The position numbers and the translations under genes were made by a program. Below, in pieces: positions 16,967 through 24,600 of a DNA stretch of 32,000 nucleotides (its first letter is position 1; every line of letters starts with the position of its first letter). The notes under the pieces are model-generated. The model was not told where the DNA came from, did not search any database, and worked only from the letters and a program-made list of their open reading frames with translations. This DNA comes from Sphingomonadaceae bacterium (GTDB lineage Bacteria > Chloroflexota > UBA6077), in NCBI GenBank assembly GCA_050261575.1, contig JBLNDL010000039.1, forward strand, positions 2,136 through 34,135. Reading direction: 5' to 3'.

Positions 16967-17608
16967 TCAGCCATCGGTGGCAAGGGGCGAGGCGCTCCGG
17001 CTCGCGTCCTCATGCCCCTCGAAGTGATGACGTAGCGAAGCCGGCAATAGTTCCGCGTGCCTGGACAGGTAGGCTCTGAGGGCCAGCCTGCCCCTGTTGA
17101 GTCGCGACTTTACGGTGCCCAGATTGGCGCCGGTGGCGGCAGCCGCCTCCTCGTAGCTCATTCCCTGGACGTCGCACAGGATCACCGTCGCCCGCTGCTC
17201 CGGGGATAGGGTCTGGAGGCCAGACTCGATACAGGCAACGATCTCCCGACTGAGCAGCACCTGCTCCGGCGTGGGTCCGCGGTCGGCAATCTGGAGCACT
17301 GGGGCATCTTCGTCGTCCGTGAGGGGGTCCAGCGACTCCGTGGGGTGGCGGCGAAGCGCCCGGATTTGGTCGTAGACGTGGTTGAGGACGATGCGGAGGA
17401 GCCAGGCCCTGAACGAGCCGCCGCGGAACTGGCGGAGGTGGGTGAAGGCCGCCAGGAAGGAGTCCTGCGTGGCATCGGCCGCGGCGTGCTCGTCCCGGAG
17501 CATGCGGAAGGCGAGTTCGTATGCAACCTGCTGGTGGGCAACTACCAGCAGGTTGAAGGCCTGCACGTCACCGGCCTTGGCAGCCTCTATCCAGGCAGCC
17601 TCGTCCAC
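16967..17608 (-). CDS. ECF-type RNA polymerase sigma factor (sigma-70 family, group 4)
   Basis: Region 2 (AFNLLVVAHQQVAYELAFRML..DATQDSFLAAF..FRAWLLRIVLN) and region 4 (MSYEEAAAATGANLGTVKSRLNRGR) are present. GTG start. Confidence 0.9.
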   Translation of the reverse strand: MDEAAWIEAAKAGDVQAFNLLVVAHQQVAYELAFRMLRDEHAAADATQDSFLAAFTHLRQFRGGSFRAWLLRIVLNHVYDQIRALRRHPTESLDPLTDDEDAPVLQIADRGPTPEQVLLSREIVACIESGLQTLSPEQRATVILCDVQGMSYEEAAAATGANLGTVKSRLNRGRLALRAYLSRHAELLPASLRHHFEGHEDASRSASPLATDG

Positions 17609-17787
17609 ACTCTACTCCGAACCGTGGTGGGGATGCGCCGATTCTAGCAGACTCGACGAATCCGCGGGGCCGCTGTCACGGCAAGCCGATTGGGTGGGTC
17701 GGACAGGGGATTGGAGAAACCCGTCGCGGCGGCTAAGCAGGCATCTCCAATAGAGTACCCGTCTCCCGCCAGAAGAGTTGACATGTA

Positions 17788-18243
17788 CTAGTGATCCCTG
17801 CCTGGTCTCTCGTGGCCTCTCCGCCCCTCGTTGCCAGTTCCTCCGGCCTCCGTTCCACCCTCGGCTTGCTGGTTTACCGACAGGAAGTGCCAGAGAAGGA
17901 GGGCCAAGCCGACGAAGAGCGGCAGCAGCCCCGGGATCATCCATGGCCCCAGACCGAGGAAGTACGGGGAGTTGGCGATCAGGCCGATGGGGTAGAGGGC
18001 GACGCTGATCGCCAGGCCGATCATCGTTACGATGATGCCCGTGAACAGCGCCATCCTGGATGGGCGGCTCGCCCTTTGCTGCACGATGGCATCGGGTGCC
18101 ATCCCTCGGTCCAGCAGCATCCGCGTCTCTTTCAGCCGAAGATAGCGCATCGAGATTACGAAGACCAGGATGGCTACGAGGCCGAGCGTGGGGAAGCAGA
18201 TGGCCGCCAACGGTATCAGGAGGGCGGGGACGGCCCAGTCCAT
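17788..18243 (-). CDS. small integral membrane protein (about 4 hydrophobic segments), family not assigned
   Basis: ATG 18243 lies 7 nt after GAAGGAG, within ORF 17788..18429. It sits between the DUF4097 gene and the ECF sigma gene on the same strand. Confidence 0.65.
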   Translation of the reverse strand: MDWAVPALLIPLAAICFPTLGLVAILVFVISMRYLRLKETRMLLDRGMAPDAIVQQRASRPSRMALFTGIIVTMIGLAISVALYPIGLIANSPYFLGLGPWMIPGLLPLFVGLALLLWHFLSVNQQAEGGTEAGGTGNEGRRGHERPGRDH

Positions 18244-18319
18244 TCTCTGCGCTCCTTCATGTAAGAGTCTCGTTTCGAGTATTCGGCCGGGCGGCCTGCC
18301 AGCCTCGGGTGCCGAGTCT

Positions 18320-19339
18320 TCAGTCCTCAGCCCTGAGCTCGACGTTTCCCATCTCGTTCTGGATGAACAGCCGGAAGCCTCCACCGCGTGCGGGCACCTT
18401 GAACTGGCTACCTGCCAGATTCGTGGCACCCTCCGACGAGGACTCGCCGGGGAAATCGCTCCTGATCTTTCCCATCTTGGTAGAGGCTTCGATGCCGGCG
18501 GTGCTGCTGGCCGGCAGTTGCACTACCACGTTACCCATCTTCGCCACTATCTCGCCGATGCCCTGGTCCGGGAGCTGCCCCTGGAGGTGGATCTGACCCA
18601 TTCGGCCATTCAGGCGAAGCGAACTGGCGATCCTGCTGTTCCGTATCTCCACGTTTCCCATGTCCGCCGCGATGTCCAGGTCGCCCTCGACCCCTGAGGC
18701 CTCGACGTTTCCGATACCGCTGACGATGGTCAGCGAGCCGCGCAGGTCGGAGAGCTGCAGGTTTCCCACACCAGCCTGCAGGGTGAGGTGCGTGTCTGTG
18801 GGGACCGTGACCTCCAGATCGACGGAGCCGAGGTAGGAGCGCTCCGACGTCTCGTTTGCGCTGCCGGCCGTTATCACGATGCCGTCCTGCTGCCTGGTGA
18901 CCGCCACCTCCAATTGTCTCAGGTTGGAGGCGGCCTCCTCAAGGGTGGAACCTCGCCCTCGCCGTGTGGCTCTCACCTGCACTTCCTGAACTGAGGCACC
19001 CTTGATCACCGCGTTGCCCACCCGGTTCTCCAGCCGTAGTCTCGACGGGGTCGACGCCGGGACCGTGCGCACCTCCGTCTCCTCGTCAGTGTATGGGCGT
19101 GTGCCGAGGGAGATGAGCACGTCCGGCATCTGGACTTCCTTCGGGAGGATGGACTGCAGTGGCGCCTCCGAGCGGACGGGAGCCAGAAGGAAGATTGCCA
19201 CTATGGAGGCGGCTATTGCCACCGCGACGAGTACCATTAGGGCGGCGAGGATCCCGATGATCAACTGCCTGCCGTTCACTCCAGTTCGCCTTTCCAATGC
19301 GCGTTGCTGCGGGGCGTCCGTGCCCCGAGTCGGTGCCAT
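18320..19339 (-). CDS. DUF4097-like beta-strand repeat protein with N-terminal membrane anchor
   Basis: ATG 19339 follows GGAAGGA. It has a TM anchor (LIIGILAALMVLVAVAIAASIVAIFLL), then repeated G-N-V/L-x-hydrophobic beta units (GVGNLQLSDLRGSLTIVSGIGNVEASGVEGDLDIAADMGNVEIRN...). The upstream part of ORF 18320..19951 overlaps the divergent sigma gene and was rejected. Confidence 0.8.
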   Translation of the reverse strand: MAPTRGTDAPQQRALERRTGVNGRQLIIGILAALMVLVAVAIAASIVAIFLLAPVRSEAPLQSILPKEVQMPDVLISLGTRPYTDEETEVRTVPASTPSRLRLENRVGNAVIKGASVQEVQVRATRRGRGSTLEEAASNLRQLEVAVTRQQDGIVITAGSANETSERSYLGSVDLEVTVPTDTHLTLQAGVGNLQLSDLRGSLTIVSGIGNVEASGVEGDLDIAADMGNVEIRNSRIASSLRLNGRMGQIHLQGQLPDQGIGEIVAKMGNVVVQLPASSTAGIEASTKMGKIRSDFPGESSSEGATNLAGSQFKVPARGGGFRLFIQNEMGNVELRAED

Positions 19340-19543
19340 GAGGTCCTTCCGGTGAACGTCTCCCCGGCAGCCACGCCACCCCGGGGCCCGCCTCGCTCGG
19401 CGGAGCGGGCGACGTAGCGAGGACCGACCGCTGTATAATGTGACAATGAATGGGCAGGAATGTTTCGCCGAGGGGCCGAAACCAGAGCTGGCCTCGCTCT
19501 GTCTAAGAAGGCGAAAGGGACCGCTTATGGGGAAGCTTCCCCG

Positions 19544-20239
19544 ATGAGTGTTGGTGACGTGCTTAAGGCGCTTGCCGACGAGCAGTTGGCGGAACGGGCT
19601 GCCCTGGGAGATGCGGCTGCCTTTGGGGAGCTGGTGGAGCGACACCAGCGCTTCGTATTCAACCTCTGCCTGAGGGCGTTGAGGGATTACGAGCTTGCCT
19701 CGGAGGTCGCGCAGGACGTGTTTCTTCGGGCCTGGCGATCTATCGGTAGCTTCCGAGGACAGGCCAGGTTCACGACCTGGCTCTACACCATCGCCCACAA
19801 CCTCTGCATGAACCGGATTGGCGGCCTGGAGCGGGACGCCAGACAGTTGGTGGGCGAGGAGGATGCCGCCGAGGAGCTGGCAAGAATACCCTCCAGAGAG
19901 GAAGACCCTGCGGAAGCCTACGAGAAGAAGGAATTGAGAGGGTGGATCCATCGGCAGATCGACCGGCTGCCTGACCGCTACCGGATGGTTATCACCCTGT
20001 TCTATCTACAGGAGCTCTCCTACCAGGAGATCGCGGAGGTCACGGGGCTTCCCATCGGCACGGTGAAGACCCACCTCTTTAGAGCCAAGGAGATGCTGCG
20101 GAGGGGCATGGAAGATGAAGTGCCACCAGAACCCGTTGTTGCTGATGGAGTATGCGGAGGGAGCCCTGACGGGCGAGGAGGCTCGCCACCTGGAGGTGCA
20201 CCTTACCAGTTGCGCAGCGTGCCGACGGGAGCTGGATAG
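19544..20239 (+). CDS. ECF-type RNA polymerase sigma factor, reading frame runs 125 nt into the anti-sigma gene
   Basis: Region 2 (FGELVERHQRFVFNLCLRAL..EVAQDVFLRAW..FTTWLYTIAHN) and region 4 (LSYQEIAEVTGLPIGTVKTHLFRAKEML) are present. ATG 19544 was chosen; an in-frame ATG at 19460 is possible. A perfect TATAAT lies at 19434..19439. Confidence 0.85.
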   Translation: MSVGDVLKALADEQLAERAALGDAAAFGELVERHQRFVFNLCLRALRDYELASEVAQDVFLRAWRSIGSFRGQARFTTWLYTIAHNLCMNRIGGLERDARQLVGEEDAAEELARIPSREEDPAEAYEKKELRGWIHRQIDRLPDRYRMVITLFYLQELSYQEIAEVTGLPIGTVKTHLFRAKEMLRRGMEDEVPPEPVVADGVCGGSPDGRGGSPPGGAPYQLRSVPTGAG

Positions 20240-20633
20240 CTGGCGGCGGCTGGAGGAGGCCCTCCGCTCCTTCCCGGTGGTTGCCGAGCCTGCCGGCTTC
20301 AAGCAGGCGGTGATGCAGCGGGTGGAGCGGCCCAGCCTGGCGGCCACGCGGGTTGCCGCCGAATGGCTGCAACTCTCCCTCGGCGTCGGCTTCTCCTTCC
20401 TGGCCGTCGGGATACTGGCCGTAGCGGCGCTCCTGGGGAGCGGGCCGGAAAACCCCGCGCTGTGGGAATGGCGGCACCAGGCGTTGATTTGGCTAGAGGT
20501 GTATCTCCAGAGCGCCTATCCATACCTGCTGTTGGCTGGCTGGCTGCTGCTCGGTGCGCTGGCCGTGGCAGTGTTGGCGCTGGTCAGCACCACCCCAATA
20601 AGGCTGAGGGCCCACAGCAGGCGGGAGCTGTAG
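20115..20633 (+). CDS. zf-HC2 anti-sigma factor with two hydrophobic segments
   Basis: ATG 20115 lies 8 nt after GGAGGGG. It carries H-x3-C-x2-C (HLTSCAAC) and lies downstream of the sigma gene, overlapping it. Confidence 0.8.
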   Translation: MKCHQNPLLLMEYAEGALTGEEARHLEVHLTSCAACRRELDSWRRLEEALRSFPVVAEPAGFKQAVMQRVERPSLAATRVAAEWLQLSLGVGFSFLAVGILAVAALLGSGPENPALWEWRHQALIWLEVYLQSAYPYLLLAGWLLLGALAVAVLALVSTTPIRLRAHSRREL

Positions 20634-20635
20634 CT

Positions 20636-22231
20636 GTGGGTGTCACCGCGCACGCCGATACGCTGCTGACGCAGGGCCGGATCTACACGATCGAAGACGA
20701 CAACCCAACGGCGGAGGCTATGGCCGTTCGCGACGGCCGAGTGATGGCCGTCGGGAGGGAATCCGACGTGGCCGCACTCGCCGGCCCTGCCACACGCGTT
20801 GTGAGGCTGGCGGGGCGTACCGTCTTCCCCGGGCTGATCGATGCCCACGTCCACCTGCTGAGCCTCGGCTTGAGGCTCCGCCGTATGGACCTTGCGGGGG
20901 TGGAGTCCCTGGAGGAGGCGCTGGCCGTGGTCCGGGTTGGCGTCTCCAGGGTGGCCCCGGGTGAATGGGTGCAGGGAGGTGGCTGGGACCAGAACCTGTG
21001 GCGCCGCTTGCCCGATCGCCACGACCTGGATGCCGTGGCGCCGGCCAACCCTGTGATGCTGGAGAGTAAGGACCTGCACACCTGTTGGGCGAATACCCTG
21101 GCCCTGCGACTGGCCGGAATCGCGGCCAGCACACCCGACCCCGAAGGCGGCGAGATCGTGCGGGACGCCGCTACAGGCGAGCCTACGGGGCTGCTTCGGG
21201 AGGGGGCCGTGAGTCTGCTGCGTGAGGCGATCCCGGCGCCGTCGCCCGAACGTTGCGACGAGGTTGTGTCGGATGCGCTGCGGCTCGCCGCCTCCAAGGG
21301 GTTGACCGGCCTCCAGGTTCCCGAGGGGCCGCATACCTTCAGCTCCCTCCAACGCTTGAGAGCGACTGGTGCCCTCCCCCTGCGCGTGTACTGCTTTGTG
21401 CAGAAGGAGTATCTTCAGGACTGCATTCGGCTCGGTGTCCGCACTGGTTTCGGCGACGAGTGGCTCCGGCTCGGCCATGTAAAGCTCTTCCTGGATGGGG
21501 CGTTGGGCTCCCAGACCGCCCATATGCTCGAGCCCTACTCGGGAACCGACAGCCGCGGGATCGAGACCATGTCGCGGAAGGACTTGCGGGCGGTGGTGGC
21601 CGAGGCTGCCTCCGCTGGCATCGCACCGGCGATTCACGCCATCGGCGATGCCGCCAACCGGGTCGCCCTGGACGTACTGGAGGAGACGGCCTCCCTGTGG
21701 AGGCCGGTCGGATTGCGACCGAGGGTGGAGCACGTGCAACTCCTGCATCCGGCGGATGCGGGCAGGCTGGGACCGCTGGGGGTAGTGGCCTCGATGCAGC
21801 CGTCTCACCAGCCCTCGGACTGGATGGTGGCTGAGAGGTACTGGGGCGACAGGAGTCACCTGGCCTACGCTTGGCGGACGGTGCTGGACTCCGGCGGCGT
21901 GCTGGCCTACGGGTCCGACTGTCCGGTGGAGCCCATCGACCCGATGCTCGGCCTGCACGCGGCTGTTGCGCGACAGACGGTTGAAGGACTGCCGGCGGGA
22001 GGCTGGTACCCAGAGCAGCGGCTCACCCCTCTGGAGGCCCTTCGGGCCTTCACCCTGGGGGCGGCGTTCGCCAGCGGCGAGGAATCGCTCAAGGGCTCCC
22101 TGGCCCCGGGCAAGCTGGCCGACTTCGTCGTCCTCTCACACGACCCCATCACGGGACCGCCGGAGCTGTTTCTCCGGACCAGGGTCGATGCAACGGTGGT
22201 CGGCGGTCGGGTCGTGTACGGCGAGCTGTAG
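20636..22231 (+). CDS. metal-dependent amidohydrolase (Amidohydro_3 / YtcJ-like)
   Basis: Typical N-terminus (TLLTQGRIYTIEDDNPTAEAMAVRDGRVMAVG, FPGLIDAHVHL), then IHAIGD and a C-terminal GSLAPGKLADFVVL. GTG 20636 was chosen just after the anti-sigma stop. The longer ORF from 20363 overlaps the anti-sigma gene. Confidence 0.85.
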   Translation: MGVTAHADTLLTQGRIYTIEDDNPTAEAMAVRDGRVMAVGRESDVAALAGPATRVVRLAGRTVFPGLIDAHVHLLSLGLRLRRMDLAGVESLEEALAVVRVGVSRVAPGEWVQGGGWDQNLWRRLPDRHDLDAVAPANPVMLESKDLHTCWANTLALRLAGIAASTPDPEGGEIVRDAATGEPTGLLREGAVSLLREAIPAPSPERCDEVVSDALRLAASKGLTGLQVPEGPHTFSSLQRLRATGALPLRVYCFVQKEYLQDCIRLGVRTGFGDEWLRLGHVKLFLDGALGSQTAHMLEPYSGTDSRGIETMSRKDLRAVVAEAASAGIAPAIHAIGDAANRVALDVLEETASLWRPVGLRPRVEHVQLLHPADAGRLGPLGVVASMQPSHQPSDWMVAERYWGDRSHLAYAWRTVLDSGGVLAYGSDCPVEPIDPMLGLHAAVARQTVEGLPAGGWYPEQRLTPLEALRAFTLGAAFASGEESLKGSLAPGKLADFVVLSHDPITGPPELFLRTRVDATVVGGRVVYGEL

Positions 22232-22491
22232 AGCCGTCCAAGTCCTCTCGGTTCGTGCATCCTGCATAAGGCGCCAGCGATATTCTCTGGGATTTCAGCA
22301 CGTGGCCCCGTGCTCCTCCCTGCCGTATCATCGCGACGAGGATCGTCGATGAAACGAAGGGAGGGATCTGTTCGTCGTGTTGCTTGGATCGCTCTTGGCC
22401 TTCTCCGTGTTTGTGGTTTCCTGGCTGGTATCGCCTGTGGGGAAGCCGCGCGGCTAGCCCGGGTTTCTGCGACCTCGGCGGCTAGCCGCCG

Positions 22492-23478
22492 ATGTCGAAT
22501 GCAGGAAAGGGTGGTGCAATGGGTAACACGGCCGCCGATGGCGTGTCGTCCATCTCCACGTCGCCCTGGAGCGCCTGGAAGCGGTACCGGGTCTACGCTC
22601 TACTGCTGTTCGTGGTGTCCGTGTGGGGAGGGTCCTTCGTTGCGGCCAGGATGATCCTGTACGCCGGCAGCCCCGGCGGCGCCATACTTAGCCCCACGAT
22701 GCTCGCGACGGTGCGCTTCTCGATTGCCTCTGCCATCTTCCTGCCGATCCTGGCGCGGCAGCATCTTCGGGTGCAGCCTCTGAAGCTGGCGGACATCCCC
22801 ACCTTCCTGCTGCTGGGACAACTGGGGATCTCCATCTACTTCTGGCTGCAGTACACGGGTGTTCAGCTTACCAACGCCGGCATCTCCGCAGTGCTGGTGG
22901 TGGGTCTGATTCCGCTGGCGACGATGGTGATCTCCGGGTTCACGCGGAGGGAGCCCCTGCGAGGGAAGCGGGCTCTGGCCCTCGCGCTGGGCGCGTTGGG
23001 GGTCGCCGTGGTCGTGAGCCAGAGGGGGCTGCAGGTGGCGCTGGAGAGCGGCTTTCTCTTCGGCAGCCTCTGTCTGATCGCCAATGCCTTCGCGTTCGCC
23101 CTCTACTCCGTGCTGATTCGTGGGATCCGTGCGCGGTATCCTGCCCTCACCACGACCGCTGCCTTCATGATCGGGGGCACGCTTGGCCTTCTGCTGCTTT
23201 CCGTCTTCACGGAGGACTGGAGCAGTGTGGCGCTCCTCTCCGCCGGCCAGTGGATGTCCATCGCCTACCTGGCGGTGGTGTGCTCGGTGCTGGCGTACTT
23301 CCTCTACAATTGGGCGCTCACTCAGATCGAGGCGACGAAGGCCTCGGTGTGGATCTACCTCGAGCCGGTGGCTGCTGTCATTCTCGGCGCGACCATGCTG
23401 GGCGAGACGATCACGGTGCACACGCTGATCGGCGGCATCGTCATTCTGGGCAGCCTGGTGCTGACGCACCGGTCGTGA
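22492..23478 (+). CDS. DMT superfamily (EamA-type) permease
   Basis: About ten hydrophobic segments with a duplicated EamA-like pattern (LLLFVVSVWGGSFVAARM...; AYLAVVCSVLAYFLYNWAL). An alternative ATG at 22519 has the better SD (GGAAAGGGTGG). Confidence 0.85.
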   Translation: MSNAGKGGAMGNTAADGVSSISTSPWSAWKRYRVYALLLFVVSVWGGSFVAARMILYAGSPGGAILSPTMLATVRFSIASAIFLPILARQHLRVQPLKLADIPTFLLLGQLGISIYFWLQYTGVQLTNAGISAVLVVGLIPLATMVISGFTRREPLRGKRALALALGALGVAVVVSQRGLQVALESGFLFGSLCLIANAFAFALYSVLIRGIRARYPALTTTAAFMIGGTLGLLLLSVFTEDWSSVALLSAGQWMSIAYLAVVCSVLAYFLYNWALTQIEATKASVWIYLEPVAAVILGATMLGETITVHTLIGGIVILGSLVLTHRS

Positions 23479-23616
23479 TCCCGGGTAGCCCGGCGCTTGC
23501 CGGCTCGCATCCGAGTGAGATGCGCGCACGAGGCCGGATGCGGATCTGTACGCCACTACCTCGTTGCCTTCCGGTATCCTGCAGCCGCTGCCTCCGCTGG
23601 GGCGCCGTGGCGGGTG

Positions 23617-23880
23617 CTAGGCTGCTTTGTCCCGCGTGACTGGATCTGGAGTGCGGGGACGCATCCAGTAGGCATCGGGGACGGCCGCAGGATGCCGGGG
23701 CCGGGCCGGTTCGGCTGGGGCGGCCGTCGGGGCGTTAGGCCGGTCCAGTCCGAGCAGCTCCTCGGCTTCGGATGCCTCCACCTCCCGCTCCTCCGGATTG
23801 AGCAGAAGCAGGGCGACGAATCCGCCCACGATCCAGAGGGCTAGCAGCACGTTTCCCATCGTCACGACGACTGGTTCCAT
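23617..23880 (-). CDS. hypothetical small membrane protein (87 aa, one TM, Pro/Ala-rich tail)
   Basis: The ATG lies 5 nt after AGGAGGG. It has an N-terminal hydrophobic helix (VVVTMGNVLLALWIVGGFVALLLL). No family recognised. Confidence 0.55.
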   Translation of the reverse strand: MEPVVVTMGNVLLALWIVGGFVALLLLNPEEREVEASEAEELLGLDRPNAPTAAPAEPARPRHPAAVPDAYWMRPRTPDPVTRDKAA

Positions 23881-24009
23881 CGGCGCCCTCCTGTAAGTGG
23901 TTACATCTCAGCAATGGTGAGATGCAACTTGCTTGCCAAGATAAAGGATTCGTCAGACGAGGGTACGCGTTCTGCTCAACTCCACGGCACGAAAGGAGGT
24001 GATCGTCCA

Positions 24010-24219
24010 GTGGCCACGAGTCTGGATCATGCGGTAGTGAACTCCTTCCTGAGAGGGCTCAAGTACCCCATCGACAGGGATGAGTTGATACACATGGCCG
24101 AGCTGAATCGCGTGCCCGATGGGCTGGTCCAGGCGCTGAGGGATCTCCCTGTTGGGAGGTTCGGTTCTCAGCAGGAGGTGATGGACCATCTGGAGGCGGC
24201 TGGCCACGCCATCAGCTAG
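24010..24219 (+). CDS. DUF2795 domain protein (69 aa)
   Basis: GTG 24010 lies 9 nt after AAGGAGGT. FLRGLKYPIDRDELIHMAELNRVPDGLVQALRDLPVGRFGSQQEV matches the DUF2795 pattern (L-x-G-x-x-[YF]-P-x-x-[KR]-x-x-L...LP...[YF]-x-S-x-x-[ED]-V). Confidence 0.75.
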   Translation: MATSLDHAVVNSFLRGLKYPIDRDELIHMAELNRVPDGLVQALRDLPVGRFGSQQEVMDHLEAAGHAIS

Positions 24220-24271
24220 CCGGCCGGGCAAGGTGTAGCGGTGAGACCGTAAGGAAAGGAGCCTGGACGAG

Positions 24272-24487
24272 ATGCCGTACAGGACCATCGAGGATTTGCC
24301 GGGGAGTGTTCGAGCTCACCTGCCGAAGCACGCCCAGGAGATCTATCGGGCGGCCTTCAACAATGCCTGGGAGGAGTACGGCCACGACGAAGCTCGCGCG
24401 CATCGGGTGGCCTGGGGTGCCGTGGAGCGGGAGTACCACAAGGACAAGGAGGGGCGGTGGGTCAGGGACGTGGAGGAGGCCGCCTGA
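24272..24487 (+). CDS. ChaB family protein (71 aa)
   Basis: LPGSVRAHLPKHAQEIYRAAFNNAWEEYGHDEARAHRVAWGAVEREYHKDKEGRW matches the ChaB signature. The ATG is preceded by AAGGAAAGGAG. Confidence 0.8.
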   Translation: MPYRTIEDLPGSVRAHLPKHAQEIYRAAFNNAWEEYGHDEARAHRVAWGAVEREYHKDKEGRWVRDVEEAA

Positions 24488-24521
24488 CCCCCATTGCTGT
24501 CCAAGGGTCGGCTGGGGGTAC

Positions 24522-24549
24522 TTGACTCCAGCGGAGGAGTTGGTAGAGT
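24522..24549 (+). promoter_or_regulatory. sigma70-like promoter candidate for the OYE gene
   Basis: TTGACT (24522..24527), a 16-nt spacer ending in TGG, then TAGAGT (24544..24549). It is followed by the hairpin GGCGCAC/GTGCGCC in the leader. Confidence 0.5.
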
Positions 24550-24600
24550 GGCGCACGAATCCGTGGTGCGCCGCGCACCGACCGAACTGGAGCATGCTCG

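Noticed and set aside
15076-17035. Several 300-430-aa ORFs on both strands (15076..16128 -, 15755..17035 +, 16026..17027 +).
   Set aside because: These are alternative-frame or antisense readings of the SIMPL and Pro/Ala-rich anti-sigma genes. Their Arg/Gly/Pro-rich composition offers no support.
19460-19543. An N-terminal extension of the second ECF sigma from ATG 19460.
   Set aside because: The extension (MFRRGAETRAGLALSKKAKGTAYGEASP) does not align with ECF N-termini, whereas ATG 19544 gives the typical ...LAERAALGDAAAFGELVERH start. It is kept only as an alternative.
22310-22654. A 114-aa plus-strand ORF in the amidohydrolase/DMT gap (MKRREGSVRR...).
   Set aside because: It would overlap the DMT permease start by about 160 nt in another frame. 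It is Arg/Cys-rich with no motif. Only the separate 26-codon hydrophobic mini-ORF was kept, as a low-confidence observation.
20516-23556. Minus-strand ORFs of 480 aa (20516..21958) and 318 aa (22600..23556).
   Set aside because: They are antisense to the amidohydrolase and DMT permease genes and have shadow-ORF composition.
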